Part shown: one piece after another, positions 17,612 through 28,203 of the stretch
Numbering within the stretch: position 1 is the first letter of the stretch
How the letters are laid out: each line of letters opens with the position of its first letter
Virus record (IMG/VR): IMGVR_UViG_2873063797_000002
Direction: 5' to 3' (one strand)
DNA from: a virus
Lineage: Duplodnaviria > Caudoviricetes
Length of the DNA: 64,000 nt
Notes under the pieces: generated by a model
The model's database searches: none
The model's input: the letters and a program-made list of their open reading frames with translations, nothing else
What the model was told of the DNA's origin: nothing
Translations under genes and position numbers: made by a program

Positions 17612-18211
17612 ATGGCGGATACCCGCAACGCGGATTTGACGTTCGGCGCAACTGACTACCTCGTCCACCTGGCGCCGATGAACGCCACGAAGCCGGCTGA
17701 CTTCGCGGACCCCGCGACCCCGTGGCAGTGCCTCGGGTGGATCACGACCGATGGCGGCACGTTCACCATCGAGGAGGAGAGCCAGGACGTCAACGCCGCC
17801 GGCTCCCTGGAGCCGATCCGGACCCTGATGACCCGGTCGACGAAGAGCCTTCAGGTCACCTTCCTGGAGGGTCTCAACCCCCTCGTCCGCAGCCTCTACG
17901 ACAACGTCCCACTTGAGTCGCTGCGTCCAGACACCACGAGCGGCATCGCGACCTACGACCTCCCCGACAAGCCGAACGATCTTCGGTATGCCTTTGTTTT
18001 CGACACCATCGACGGAGACAAGAAGCTCAGGTACTACATGCCGAACGGCAAGGTCATCGAGCGCGGGGACGAGCAGCCCCAGACCGAGGACGTCATGTCG
18101 GTGCAGATGACCATGCGCTTCTACAAGGGCGCGTCGAACGCTGCGGCCGTGACCCGTTTCATCGACTACGGAGCGGCCGACGTGACGGACTTCTTCCCGG
18201 AGGCTCCGTAA
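17612..18211 (+). CDS. Major tail protein
   Basis: WQCLGWITTDG motif; synteny. Confidence 0.85.
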   Translation: MADTRNADLTFGATDYLVHLAPMNATKPADFADPATPWQCLGWITTDGGTFTIEEESQDVNAAGSLEPIRTLMTRSTKSLQVTFLEGLNPLVRSLYDNVPLESLRPDTTSGIATYDLPDKPNDLRYAFVFDTIDGDKKLRYYMPNGKVIERGDEQPQTEDVMSVQMTMRFYKGASNAAAVTRFIDYGAADVTDFFPEAP

Positions 18212-18308
18212 GTGACCAGCGGGGCCCGTATCTGCGCGGGTCCGGGCCCCGCTTCATCTCTTCGACCCGCGCAAAACGACTCACGCAACAGACCTAGGAG
18301 ACCCGCGC

Positions 18309-18632
18309 ATGTCCGAGACCACTAGCCCCGCTGAGGCGCAGGAGAACGAGGCGACGGAGGAGTACGCCACGGCTGAACTGTGCGGCACTGAGCTTCGCGT
18401 GAAGAGCGCCCTGCACTGGCGCCCCTCGCACATGCGAGCCCTGCGACAGAGCGACTTCGACACCTGGGCGGCTGGCGTCCTGCACGAGGAGGACGTGGAG
18501 AAGTTCATCGACCTCGACGCGACCTTCGCTGAGATCTTCGACTTCGTCGGCAAGGCCAGTGAAGCCGTTGGTGAGCCAGTGGGAAAGTCCACCGCACGTG
18601 CGCGCTCCTCGCGCAGCACGCGGAAGCGCTAG
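18309..18632 (+). CDS. Tail assembly chaperone G
   Basis: Between the major tail and tape measure genes; ends just after a slippery site. Confidence 0.85.
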   Translation: MSETTSPAEAQENEATEEYATAELCGTELRVKSALHWRPSHMRALRQSDFDTWAAGVLHEEDVEKFIDLDATFAEIFDFVGKASEAVGEPVGKSTARARSSRSTRKR

Positions 18633-19045
18633 AGGCTGACATCCCGCGGTACTACCCCGGCTGGACCGTGCTGGACGTGTACCGCGGGAGGCTCTCCCTC
18701 CGTACGCTGCGCATCTGGATCGAGCATCTGCCGCCGGAGAGTGCGACGAAGACGGCCATCCGCGCGAGCATCCCGCAAAAGGTGCTGGAGGAGCACACCG
18801 ACGAAGGCCGTCCCGACCTGGCTCCGTGGAGTGGGACGGAGACGCTCCTCGCGTCCGTCAAGGACGAGGTTGTGAAGCTGCGCCTGGCGCTCATCGCCGT
18901 CAACGGCGGCAAGCCTGGCGAGTTCCAGCCGACGCCACGCCCCGGCATCCCGCCCAAGCACAAGCCCAAGCACAAGCGACTGAGTGATGAGCAGCGCCGC
19001 GCCCTCGACCCGCGGCTGAGAAACCAGCCGGAGAAGGAGGCGTAG
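18581..19045 (+). CDS. -1 frameshift extension (GT) of the tail chaperone; slippery GGGAAAG at 18581-18587
   Basis: Lambda-type GGGAAAG; downstream ORF is in the -1 frame and open across the site. Confidence 0.85.
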   Translation, partial: GKVHRTCALLAQHAEALEADIPRYYPGWTVLDVYRGRLSLRTLRIWIEHLPPESATKTAIRASIPQKVLEEHTDEGRPDLAPWSGTETLLASVKDEVVKLRLALIAVNGGKPGEFQPTPRPGIPPKHKPKHKRLSDEQRRALDPRLRNQPEKEA

Positions 19046-19048
19046 CCC

Positions 19049-22000
19049 ATGGCCGCAGGCCTGGACATTGTCGGAACCGTGGGCGTGGACGTCGTACCCG
19101 TCGCGCCGCTTTTCCACGAGAAGCTGAAGGCCATTGCCCTCCCCGCCGCTAGAAGCGCTGGTGAGGACGCGGGCCGCGCCTTCGGCGACGCCATGTCGCG
19201 CCACATCACCGTGGCAATCCCGTCCGCCATCAACAACGGCGGACGGGCAGCACGGACAGCGTCAACGCGACAGGGCGACGACAACGCTGGCGCCTTCGGG
19301 CGGGCCTTCAAGAACCGCCTTCAGGTGGCGTTCCGCTCCCTCCCGCGTCCTGACGTCCGCCTCTCGACAACGGGCTTCGACGCCGACCTTGCTCGCGTCC
19401 GCGCCCGCATGGAGACGCTGAGCGGGAAGCGCATCGGCATTGACGTTGACGTGGCGACGGCTGCGGCGGAGATCGAGACCATCGACGCCCAGCTTGCGGC
19501 GCTGGGCTCCCGCTCCCCGAACGTGCAGGTTCGCGCGGATATCGCCACGGCCCGCGCTGAGCTAGCCGCGATTCAGCGGCAGATCAACGACGTAGACCGC
19601 GACGACGTCAACATCAAGGTCAGGGCCAACACGGCGCAGGCTCAGGCCTCCCTCCTCGCCCTGTCGGCGTCGCTTGCGGGGATCGCCATCATTCCCGCCA
19701 TCCCGGTTTTGGCCGCAGGTATCGGGGCTATCGCATCCGCGGCACTCGCGGCCGGCGCTGGCGTCGGAGCCTTCGCCCTGGCGGCAATTCCCGCCGTCCA
19801 AGGGGTAACCAAGGTCATACAGGCGAAGACGGCTGCGGAGAAGGAAGCCGCAACCGCGACGGACAATGGCGCTGCTGCCAGCGTGAAAGCCGCACAGAAC
19901 GCCCTCCAGATGGCGACTGCTCAGCAGTCCCTTGCCGCCGCTCACCGCAACGCCGCCCGCTCCATCGCCCAGGCTAACCGCCAGGTGGAGGACGCAGAGC
20001 GCGCCCTTGGCCAGGCGGCAGCGCGTGCCATGGAACAGCGCGAGCAAGCAGCCAAGGCCGTCGAGCGCGCGGAGCGTGCGCTTGCCGACTCCAAGCGCGC
20101 CGTTCAGGCGGCAGAGCGCTCCCTGATCGACGCGCAGGAGGACGCGACACAGGCTCAGCAGGATCTCACCCGTGCCCGTCAGGATGCTGCGCAGAAGCTC
20201 GCGGACCTGAACGACGAGCTGGAGCGGGGCAAGCTTGACGAGCGAGACGCCACTCTCCGCGTCCGTGAGGCACAGGAGGAACTCAACCGAGTTCAGCGCG
20301 AGTTCGACGCCGGCAAGGCGACGGAACTTCAGCTCCAGCGGGCCCAGCTCGCCTACGACCAGTCCGTTCAGGCTGCGGCGCAGCAGAAGAAGGATTACGC
20401 GCAGCTCCAGAAGGATGCGGAGGCCGCGAAGAAGGCCGGCGTCGACGGGAGCGACGAGGTCAAGAGCGCCTCTGAGCGCCTGGCCGACGCGCAGCAGAAC
20501 GTGCGTGATCAGCTCCAGGCCGTCGTGGACGCTCAGCAGAACGTGCGTGATCAGGCGGAAGCCGTTGCTGACGCGCAGACCGACGCCGCCCGAGCGCAGG
20601 TGGAGGCGGCTCAGACCGTCGCGGACGCACAACGGGCCCTGTCCGACGCCGTGCAGAACGCCGCCGACACGCAGGTTCAGGCCGCGGACTCCATCACCTC
20701 CGCGGAGCGGGGCGTCGAAGCGGCTCGCCTGTCGTCCATCGACACCACGGCGAAGGCCGTCACGAAGGCGGACGAGTACCGTAAGGCACTCGCGAACTTG
20801 ACGCCGGAACAGCGGGCGCTTTACGACTCGCTCGCGGGCCCCCAGGGACTCATTCCGGCATTCAAGGAATGGTCGAAGTCCCTTCAGCCCGACGTCCTCC
20901 CGATCTTCACGCGGATGGTCAACGGCGCGAAGCGGGCACTCCCCGGCCTGACGCCGCTCGTCAAGAGCACTTCCGACGGTATTCAGGAGGTAATGGACCG
21001 CGCGAGTGCGGACCTGAAGGAGCCGTTCTGGCAGCGCTTCAAGACGGGTATTTCGACGGCGGCAAAGCCCGCTATCGAAGGTCTGGGAATTGGGTTCGGC
21101 AATGTCTTCAAGGGCATGGCCGGCGTCCTGGAAGCGTTCTTCCCGCACATGGACTCCATATCGGAGCGCATGCAGCGGATCACGAAGAGGTTCGCTGACT
21201 GGGGCACGGGCCTTCGCGGGTCCAAGGAATTCGAAGACTTCCTGAGCTACGCGAAGGAGATGGGCCCATTCGTCTCCGAGACGCTGAGGAAACTCGGCGC
21301 CGCACTGTTCGACCTGGCGAAGTCGCTGGAGCCCCTGTCCCGGATAATTCTCGAAACTCTCGGGAATGTAGCCGACGCAATCCGGTACGTCGCCGAGAAT
21401 GCGCCATGGGCAATTCAGCTCCTGTACGGCCTGTGGGTCGCGACGAAGCTGTGGAACCTGGCCATGGCGATGAATCCCATCGGCGCCGTCATCATGGGAA
21501 TCGCCCTTCTGGCCCTGGGGCTCAAGTACCTCTGGGACAACAACGAGGGATTCCGGGAGGTCGTAACCGCAGCCTGGAACGCCATCCGGGACAAGACGGT
21601 AGAAATCTGGGAGCGCTATCTCCGGCCGTTCTTCGAGTGGTTCGGCGCTATCGTCATGTGGCTCTGGGAGCACGTGATCAGGCCGTATATCGGCTTCCTG
21701 ATCGCCTACTGGAAGCAGGTGGGCGAAGTCTTCAAGTGGGTGTGGGACCACTGGCTCAAACCCTACATCGACTTCCTCATTGCCTACTGGACGAAGGTGG
21801 GGGAGGTATTCAAGTGGGTCTGGGATAACCTCCTGAAGCCCTACATTGACTTCCTCATTGCCTACTGGCTGCGCGTCGGCGACGTCCTCAAGTGGGTATG
21901 GGATCACTTCTGGCGCCCCATCATCGGCTTCATCGGTGAGCTGATTGTGTGGTGGTGGAACAACATCGTGAAGCGCTATTTCGGCTTCGTGATGGATATC

Positions 22001-23755
22001 CTTCGCGCCGTCGGTGGAGTCTTCAAATGGCTCTACGACAAGGGCGTGAAGCCGCACGTCGACTTCATCAGTGACAAGGTTTCGTGGCTCTGGAACAAGG
22101 GACTGAAGCCGGCCTTTGACAAGATCAAGGAAGGCGTAAGGCTCGTCGGAGAAGGATTCCGGCACGCCAAGGACGCCATTGGCAAAAACTGGGGACAGAT
22201 CTCCAACATTGCCAAAAAGCCCGTGAACTTCCTGATCGAGTGGGTTTACACAAAGGGAATCAAGGCCCTCTTCGACGGCGTCGGTAAGTACGTCGGAATG
22301 GACCCGCTCCCGCCCGGTCCTAAGCTCCTCGAAGCCGGCGGAACCGTCGGCGACGGCTGGGGCGTAGCGAAGCCGATGAAGGTCAACCGACCGACGGCAA
22401 TCGTCGGTGAGGGAAACCCGCGGTACCCCGAATTCGTCATCCCGACGGACCCCAAGTACCGCTCTCGTGCGGTCGCTCTCCACGCTCAGGCTGGCACTCA
22501 GCTCCTAGAGGACGGCGGCATCATCGGCGGTGCGTGGGACTGGACGAAGGACACTTTCTCCGACGTCATAGGAACGGGCATTGACTGGGCGAAGCAAGCC
22601 GCGGACCTCATGGTCAACCCGTCGAAGATCTGGGACAGGCTCACGAAGCCGGTCCTGGCAAAGGTGGCTGACGGTGTCGGTGACTCGCCCTACGGCAAGA
22701 CCCTGGGGAAGCTCCCCGTCAAGATGGTCGGTGGCCTAAGGGATAAGCTGATCGACGCTGTGACCTCCCTGACCGCCGAAAACGGGGGATGGGGCGGACA
22801 GTGGCAGAAGCCTGTGAACGCCGGCATCGGAACCAAGTTCGGCGTACCTGGCGCCATGTGGTCCAGCGGGTATCACACGGGCCTCGACTTTCCCGCAGCG
22901 ACGGGGACGCCGGTCAAGGCCGTGGCAAACGGACGCGTCTCGAAGGCCGCAAGCGGAGGCCCCTACGGCAAGCACGTGATCATCGATCACGGCGGGGGAC
23001 TCCAGTCGCTCTATGCTCACCTCTCCAAGATCCGCACGACGTTTCCGAAGAACCATAACGGGGGCTCCCGGATCGGCGACGTGGGCGCGACGGGCAACAC
23101 CACGGGCCCTCACCTTCACCTGGAGGCGAGGCTGAACGGCCGTGCCGTCGACCCCATGAAGTACCTGAGTGGGGGAGGCGGAGGAGCCGCAGCCGTCGGC
23201 GCAGCGCAGAAGTACGCGAAGTCCATCCTGGACAACTACGGCTGGGGCTCCTCGCAGTTCGCCCCGCTGAAGAAGCTGTGGGAGGGCGAGTCCAACTGGC
23301 GCTGGAACGCGGAGAACCCGTCCTCCGGCGCCTACGGCATCCCGCAGGCACTCCCCGCGTCAAAGATGGCCGCGGCCGGCGCGGACTGGCGGACGAACTA
23401 CAAGACGCAGATCCGGTGGGGCCTCGACTACATCAAGGGCCGTCCGGACTACGGCTCCCCGTCCGCGGCCTACTCGAAATGGCTCGCTCGCTCCCCGCAC
23501 TGGTACGACGACGGTGGCTACCTCCAGCCAGGTCTTTCCCTCGTCGCCAATGGCACGGGACGCCCTGAGCCCGTCTTCACCGGCTCTCAGTGGGCCGACA
23601 TCCGCGCCGCGAAGAGCGGAGGCGGACCGGCGACGGTCAATGCCGCTGTGCGTGTCTTCGTCGGTGACCGCGAAATCACCGACATCGTCCGCACGGAGAT
23701 CGACACCTACGACTCCGCGACTGCAACCGATCTCAACAACGGAAGGTGGGACTGA
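19049..23755 (+). CDS. Tape measure protein with C-terminal M23 peptidase and lytic transglycosylase-like domains
   Basis: 1568 aa; coiled coils; Trp-rich repeats; HTGLDF...YAHLS...HLHLE (M23); ESNWRWNAEN...GAYGIPQ (SLT). Confidence 0.95.
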   Translation: MAAGLDIVGTVGVDVVPVAPLFHEKLKAIALPAARSAGEDAGRAFGDAMSRHITVAIPSAINNGGRAARTASTRQGDDNAGAFGRAFKNRLQVAFRSLPRPDVRLSTTGFDADLARVRARMETLSGKRIGIDVDVATAAAEIETIDAQLAALGSRSPNVQVRADIATARAELAAIQRQINDVDRDDVNIKVRANTAQAQASLLALSASLAGIAIIPAIPVLAAGIGAIASAALAAGAGVGAFALAAIPAVQGVTKVIQAKTAAEKEAATATDNGAAASVKAAQNALQMATAQQSLAAAHRNAARSIAQANRQVEDAERALGQAAARAMEQREQAAKAVERAERALADSKRAVQAAERSLIDAQEDATQAQQDLTRARQDAAQKLADLNDELERGKLDERDATLRVREAQEELNRVQREFDAGKATELQLQRAQLAYDQSVQAAAQQKKDYAQLQKDAEAAKKAGVDGSDEVKSASERLADAQQNVRDQLQAVVDAQQNVRDQAEAVADAQTDAARAQVEAAQTVADAQRALSDAVQNAADTQVQAADSITSAERGVEAARLSSIDTTAKAVTKADEYRKALANLTPEQRALYDSLAGPQGLIPAFKEWSKSLQPDVLPIFTRMVNGAKRALPGLTPLVKSTSDGIQEVMDRASADLKEPFWQRFKTGISTAAKPAIEGLGIGFGNVFKGMAGVLEAFFPHMDSISERMQRITKRFADWGTGLRGSKEFEDFLSYAKEMGPFVSETLRKLGAALFDLAKSLEPLSRIILETLGNVADAIRYVAENAPWAIQLLYGLWVATKLWNLAMAMNPIGAVIMGIALLALGLKYLWDNNEGFREVVTAAWNAIRDKTVEIWERYLRPFFEWFGAIVMWLWEHVIRPYIGFLIAYWKQVGEVFKWVWDHWLKPYIDFLIAYWTKVGEVFKWVWDNLLKPYIDFLIAYWLRVGDVLKWVWDHFWRPIIGFIGELIVWWWNNIVKRYFGFVMDILRAVGGVFKWLYDKGVKPHVDFISDKVSWLWNKGLKPAFDKIKEGVRLVGEGFRHAKDAIGKNWGQISNIAKKPVNFLIEWVYTKGIKALFDGVGKYVGMDPLPPGPKLLEAGGTVGDGWGVAKPMKVNRPTAIVGEGNPRYPEFVIPTDPKYRSRAVALHAQAGTQLLEDGGIIGGAWDWTKDTFSDVIGTGIDWAKQAADLMVNPSKIWDRLTKPVLAKVADGVGDSPYGKTLGKLPVKMVGGLRDKLIDAVTSLTAENGGWGGQWQKPVNAGIGTKFGVPGAMWSSGYHTGLDFPAATGTPVKAVANGRVSKAASGGPYGKHVIIDHGGGLQSLYAHLSKIRTTFPKNHNGGSRIGDVGATGNTTGPHLHLEARLNGRAVDPMKYLSGGGGGAAAVGAAQKYAKSILDNYGWGSSQFAPLKKLWEGESNWRWNAENPSSGAYGIPQALPASKMAAAGADWRTNYKTQIRWGLDYIKGRPDYGSPSAAYSKWLARSPHWYDDGGYLQPGLSLVANGTGRPEPVFTGSQWADIRAAKSGGGPATVNAAVRVFVGDREITDIVRTEIDTYDSATATDLNNGRWD
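21668..21910 (+). repeat. About three tandem 78-bp (26-aa) repeats in the tape measure gene
   Basis: xxPYIdFLIAYWxxVGeVfKWVWDxx three times; boundaries approximate. Confidence 0.75.
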
Positions 23756-23913
23756 TGTCCGACGAGACTCCCGAGACTCCGACGGAGCCGACCCCGGAGC
23801 CGCCGGTCACCGTAGAGGTGCCGCCGATCGTCGACTACGGCACCGTGCCGGCGGACCCGCCCGCGGAGCCGCTCCCGTACACCCCCGGTGAGCGGGGGGC
23901 CGAAGGCGGATGA
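23755..23913 (+). CDS. Small Pro/Glu-rich protein (52 aa)
   Basis: TGATG and ATGA couplings on both sides. Confidence 0.55.
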   Translation: MSDETPETPTEPTPEPPVTVEVPPIVDYGTVPADPPAEPLPYTPGERGAEGG

Positions 23914-26126
23914 GCGTCCCCACCAACCTCCTCAGCGCGAACGTGGAGTCGGTGGAGACGGACGTGAGCGGGTGGACTGCGGGAGCGAACACAACGCTCT
24001 TCAAGTCCACCCGCTTCTACGCGGGGGCCGCCTCACTCGGGCTGCAAGCCTCCGCGGCTGGCACAGTGACGGCGACGACGGCATCACGCGTCGCCGTTAC
24101 GGCCGGCAGCGTCTATCAGGCCTACGCCTACTTCGTGAACCTCGTTGCGATAGCGGGCCGGACGTCGACGATCCGCATCAGTTGGTACTCCGCCCCGACC
24201 GGCGGGTCGGCGATATCGACGTCCACCAGCACAGCGACGACGCTGACCACCACGACGGAGTGGAACACCCCTCCGCCGCAGGTTACTGCCGCTGCACCCG
24301 CTGGAGCCACTCACGCCGCCATCACCGTGACGGTCACCGGGCTGGGCTCCGGTGCTCAGGTGGCCGTGGACCGCATCACCTTCGGACTTCCGAACAACAA
24401 CCAGACGTACAACGTCATGCCCTACACGGCGTCGAGCGTGGAGGGGGACGCGTCCGAATGGACGGTCCTGGAGAACACCACCCTCACCCGCACCACAGCA
24501 CTCGCCTTTGAGGGTTGGTACAGCCTCGTCCTGACGTCGACGGCCGCCGGGCAGATGCGCGCCATGGGCCCCGCCGTGTCGGTCACTCCCGGCACTACGT
24601 ACATGGCTCAGATGGTGGCGCGGAACGCCTCTCCGCCGATGCGCGTAGACATCTACTGGTACGACTCGGTAGGTACGCAGATCCTGACGACCACGGGCAA
24701 CCCGTGGACTCTCAGCTCGTCGGCGTGGACCCCGTGCAACACGGTCGCCGTTGCTCCGCTCGACGCTGCAACCGCACGACTGGTCATCGCGCCCACCGCT
24801 ACGGCCGGAGGCCAGGCGTGGACCTGCGACATCATGCGCTTCCTGAACCTGACGCCCGCCCTCGTGCCGGGGAACCTGATCCCCTACGCACAGAGTGACG
24901 TGGAGGGCGGCATCACCGGGTGGACGGTGACCGGAGCAACGGCGACGCTCAGCACCGCCTACGCCTACAACGGCGACTACTCCGCAGCTATCGTCGCAGC
25001 CGGCGGAGATCTGACCATCGCCCTCGACGTCACGCCCGTGACTCCGATCATCCCCGGGCAGTCCTACCAACTGAAGGTGCCCACGAGGTCCCCCTCCGGC
25101 GCCCTTCCCTTCACCACGCGGTTCGAGTGGCTCGACGCTACTGGGGCCGTTCTTCGCGACCGGTGGCAGAGCTGGGTAGTCACTGACTCAAGTGGCTGGT
25201 ACCTGGGACCCTCCGGCGACATTGCGCCGGAAGGCGCTGTCTCCGTCCGCGTGTCGGTCGGCCTCGTCGACGTGCCCGGCGGGCACACGTTCTACGTCGA
25301 CCGGGTACAGATCGTCCCGGGAGGCCTCACTGTCGCTGCCACACCAGCAGCGGGAGGAGGAGCCGCCCTCGTGGTCAGCGGCCTGTCCTCTGGCGGGCCT
25401 GACTGGACATGGACCCTCGTCCGGCTGGACGGGGACGGAGGCACAGCTCCCGTCCGTGGATGGACGGGGGACCTCACCGACCAACCGGTAACCGGCGACA
25501 TCGCCGCCATCACCGACTACGAAGCGCCCCTTGGCGTGCCCGTCACGTGGCGCGTCACCATCACCTCCCCGTCCGGCGCCTCGTGGCGGAACTACACCTG
25601 CGACCCGGTCACCCTGCTGGCGGACGACACGGACGTCTGGCTGAAAGACCCGGGTCTCCCGCAGCGCAGCGTCCAGCTAACCGTGGGCACGCCCATGCCG
25701 ACGTGGCGCACGACCGCCCGCCAGGGCGTCAGTCAGGTCCGCGGCCGGCGACTACCCGTCGTCATCAGCGACGTGCGGGGCGGCAAAACCGGCGACCTCA
25801 CAGTCGTCACGGAGACGACCGCGGAGCGCCAGGCCCTCGAATGGGTCCTGAGCGCCGGGAGCATCCTCCTCCTTCAGTGGCCCCCGGGCTGGGGGGAAGA
25901 GGACATGTACGTGTCCGTCGGTGACGTCAGTGCCGCACCGGTCGCCGATCACGCGGCGTTCCACGACCGGACATGGGTCCTCCCGCTGACGGAGGTCGAC
26001 CGGCCCATCGGCGGCGTCACGGGCAGCGCGACCCGCACGTGGCAGCTCGTCAAGGACGCCGGGCCCACCTGGGCGGACGTCCTCTCCGGCAAGACATCGT
26101 GGCTCGACATCTACACGGGAGCGTGA
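23910..26126 (+). CDS. Distal tail-like protein with three carbohydrate-binding-module-like repeats
   Basis: Three N...xVExxxxxWT repeats, then a Dit-like C-terminus (WLKDPG, RGRRLPVV). Confidence 0.75.
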   Translation: MSVPTNLLSANVESVETDVSGWTAGANTTLFKSTRFYAGAASLGLQASAAGTVTATTASRVAVTAGSVYQAYAYFVNLVAIAGRTSTIRISWYSAPTGGSAISTSTSTATTLTTTTEWNTPPPQVTAAAPAGATHAAITVTVTGLGSGAQVAVDRITFGLPNNNQTYNVMPYTASSVEGDASEWTVLENTTLTRTTALAFEGWYSLVLTSTAAGQMRAMGPAVSVTPGTTYMAQMVARNASPPMRVDIYWYDSVGTQILTTTGNPWTLSSSAWTPCNTVAVAPLDAATARLVIAPTATAGGQAWTCDIMRFLNLTPALVPGNLIPYAQSDVEGGITGWTVTGATATLSTAYAYNGDYSAAIVAAGGDLTIALDVTPVTPIIPGQSYQLKVPTRSPSGALPFTTRFEWLDATGAVLRDRWQSWVVTDSSGWYLGPSGDIAPEGAVSVRVSVGLVDVPGGHTFYVDRVQIVPGGLTVAATPAAGGGAALVVSGLSSGGPDWTWTLVRLDGDGGTAPVRGWTGDLTDQPVTGDIAAITDYEAPLGVPVTWRVTITSPSGASWRNYTCDPVTLLADDTDVWLKDPGLPQRSVQLTVGTPMPTWRTTARQGVSQVRGRRLPVVISDVRGGKTGDLTVVTETTAERQALEWVLSAGSILLLQWPPGWGEEDMYVSVGDVSAAPVADHAAFHDRTWVLPLTEVDRPIGGVTGSATRTWQLVKDAGPTWADVLSGKTSWLDIYTGA

Positions 26127-26133
26127 GGCACTG

Positions 26134-27246
26134 ATGTACCCCGTCAGCCCCACGTTCCTCCGAACCCTGGCGACATCCCACACGATGGTCGCCAGGGTCG
26201 ACGCCTACTTCGGCGGTCAGCTCGTGCGCTCCAACCTCCCCTTCGACAGTGGCTCCGTCACCGTCGACCGCGGAAGCAAGAGCCGGCGCAAGCTGTCCCT
26301 CACCATCCCCGATCCCTCGCTCCTGCCCTGGGGTGAGACGGACGTACTCGCTCCCTACGGTCAACAGCTCGTCGTGTCCCGCGGCATTCGCTACACGAAC
26401 GGCGCGGAGGAGTGGGTCCCACTCGGCACATTCCGCGTCGACAATCCGTCGGGTGACGTCCACCTAGGCCCGATAACCGTGTCGGGGACGTCGATGGAGT
26501 CGGCAATCATCGACGACAAGTTCCAAGTCCCGACCACCACTCGGGGATTGGGCGGATGCGTCGACGCAATGACGACGCTCATCCGTCAGACGCTCCCCAA
26601 CGCCGTAGTCACGAACATGACGACCGGCAACCGCAATCCGAGTGTCGCCGTGGCGACGTGGGACGCCGGAAACGACCGTTGGGACGCCATCACGCAAATC
26701 GCTCGCGCGATGAGTGCGGAGATATACGTCGATGCTCTGGACCGCTTCGTCGTCACCGACCTACCCGACGTCGTAAACGGTCCCGTTGCGTGGGACATCA
26801 CGGAGGGGGAGGGCGGAACGCTCATCTCTTCCGCGCGTTCTGTGTCACGAACGGGCGTTTACAACGCCGTTGTCGCGTCGGGCGAGAACAGTGCATCCGG
26901 GTCAGCTCCAGTAAGCGGTACCGCCCGCGACACTGACCCGGGAAGTCCGACGAGATGGGGCGGCCCATTCGGCAAGGTGACGAAGTTCATTTCGTCTGCC
27001 CTATGGATTACAGCGGGCGACTGCCTGAGCGCCGCGAATTTCGCTCTGTTCGACGCTACGGCGCCGAATGTAGAGACCTCTCTCGACTCCCTCCCCAACC
27101 CCGCGTTGGAGGGTAACGACATCGTCCGCATTGCCCACGCAGGCCGAAAGGAGCGGTACCTAGTGCAGTCCCTGACGGTCCCTCTGACGGCCGACGCGGA
27201 CTTCGCCGTGACTCTCCGCGGAGGGAAGGAGGACGAGGCCCCGTGA
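26134..27246 (+). CDS. Baseplate hub/Tal-like minor tail protein (DUF5047-like)
   Basis: MYPVSPTFL, LAPYGQQL...EWVPLGTFRV, YNAVVASG. Confidence 0.8.
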   Translation: MYPVSPTFLRTLATSHTMVARVDAYFGGQLVRSNLPFDSGSVTVDRGSKSRRKLSLTIPDPSLLPWGETDVLAPYGQQLVVSRGIRYTNGAEEWVPLGTFRVDNPSGDVHLGPITVSGTSMESAIIDDKFQVPTTTRGLGGCVDAMTTLIRQTLPNAVVTNMTTGNRNPSVAVATWDAGNDRWDAITQIARAMSAEIYVDALDRFVVTDLPDVVNGPVAWDITEGEGGTLISSARSVSRTGVYNAVVASGENSASGSAPVSGTARDTDPGSPTRWGGPFGKVTKFISSALWITAGDCLSAANFALFDATAPNVETSLDSLPNPALEGNDIVRIAHAGRKERYLVQSLTVPLTADADFAVTLRGGKEDEAP

Positions 27247-27497
27247 GGCTCTCCACACAGCTCAGAGACGCAGTTCAGCGCCTCGTAGTCCAGACCGTCG
27301 AGCAGCGCGCGGCGTCGTGGTTCCTGGCCAAGGTGACCGTCGTGAACGCCAACGGGACCGTCGACATCGACACCGCACGCGGACCCGTCGCGGGTGTCCG
27401 CCGGCTGAAGTCCTATTCCGCCCCGGCGGTGAACGACGTCGTCAAGGTGTCGCGTAACGCGGACGGCAATTGGATTGTCGACGGCGCTCTTGCCTGA
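27243..27497 (+). CDS. Small minor tail protein
   Basis: Coupled ORF; YSAPAVNDVV. Confidence 0.65.
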   Translation: MRLSTQLRDAVQRLVVQTVEQRAASWFLAKVTVVNANGTVDIDTARGPVAGVRRLKSYSAPAVNDVVKVSRNADGNWIVDGALA

Positions 27498-27532
27498 TCT
27501 ATTCGTAAAGCGCTGGAGGAGGCGCCACACAC

Positions 27533-28135
27533 ATGCCCCGTAAGGATCTGTACGGCCAGGGAATTCAGTCGCCGGTACTCGGCGACGCGCCAGACATCGA
27601 AGAGGCCACTAAGGGCATCGTCGACGGCATCGTTCCTAAGACCATCATGCGTTTCGCCAACGCCAACGCGCGTTCTGCGGCGTTGTCAGGTGCCACGGCT
27701 CCCGTTCCGGGAATGGTCACCTACCTGATAGCTGAGGACCGCTTCGACAGACGGGACGGCGATAACGTTTGGCGACCGTTGTCCCCCGGGCCGTGGAAGC
27801 CGTTCTCGTTTGCGTCGGGCTACAGCGCGCACACCGGCGCGCCTGCCTATCGAATCATCAACGGTGAAGTCCAGCTCCGCGGAGTGGTGCGGAGGACGAA
27901 TGGCGCGGACCTGGTGCTGAATACCGAAACGTCGCTCGGAACGCTCCCGGCGGAAGCCCGTCCGACGGCCTGGCGCTACTTCCTAGCCCCGACGCAGTTC
28001 ACCAACGTCAGCGGCGTCAGCTATTTCAGCGCCCGAATCGGCGTGGCCCCCGACGGCACCATCAACTACATTATGCCGCTCAAGTCTTCGAGTAACTGGA
28101 TTGGCCTCGACGTCGTCCGCTTCTCTCTCGACTAA
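27533..28135 (+). CDS. Minor tail/receptor-binding protein
   Basis: MRFANANARSAAL...PVPGMVTYL N-terminus; YRIINGEVQLRG head domain. Confidence 0.7.
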   Translation: MPRKDLYGQGIQSPVLGDAPDIEEATKGIVDGIVPKTIMRFANANARSAALSGATAPVPGMVTYLIAEDRFDRRDGDNVWRPLSPGPWKPFSFASGYSAHTGAPAYRIINGEVQLRGVVRRTNGADLVLNTETSLGTLPAEARPTAWRYFLAPTQFTNVSGVSYFSARIGVAPDGTINYIMPLKSSSNWIGLDVVRFSLD

Positions 28136-28157
28136 ACGCCACCACACACCGCATCAC

Positions 28158-28181
28158 GCCCCGCAGCGACGGGGCCTTTTT
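28158..28181 (+). terminator. Terminator after the tail genes
   Basis: GCCCCG/CGGGGC followed by TTTTT. Confidence 0.6.
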
Positions 28182-28203
28182 CATGCCCTGGAGGGGATCG
28201 CGC

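Noticed and set aside
19562-22483. 973-aa minus-strand ORF and many other long antisense ORFs (e.g. 11130-12362, 29612-30913, 49582-50850)
   Set aside because: These are shadow ORFs typical of high-GC DNA, lying opposite well-supported genes, with no motifs or RBSs.
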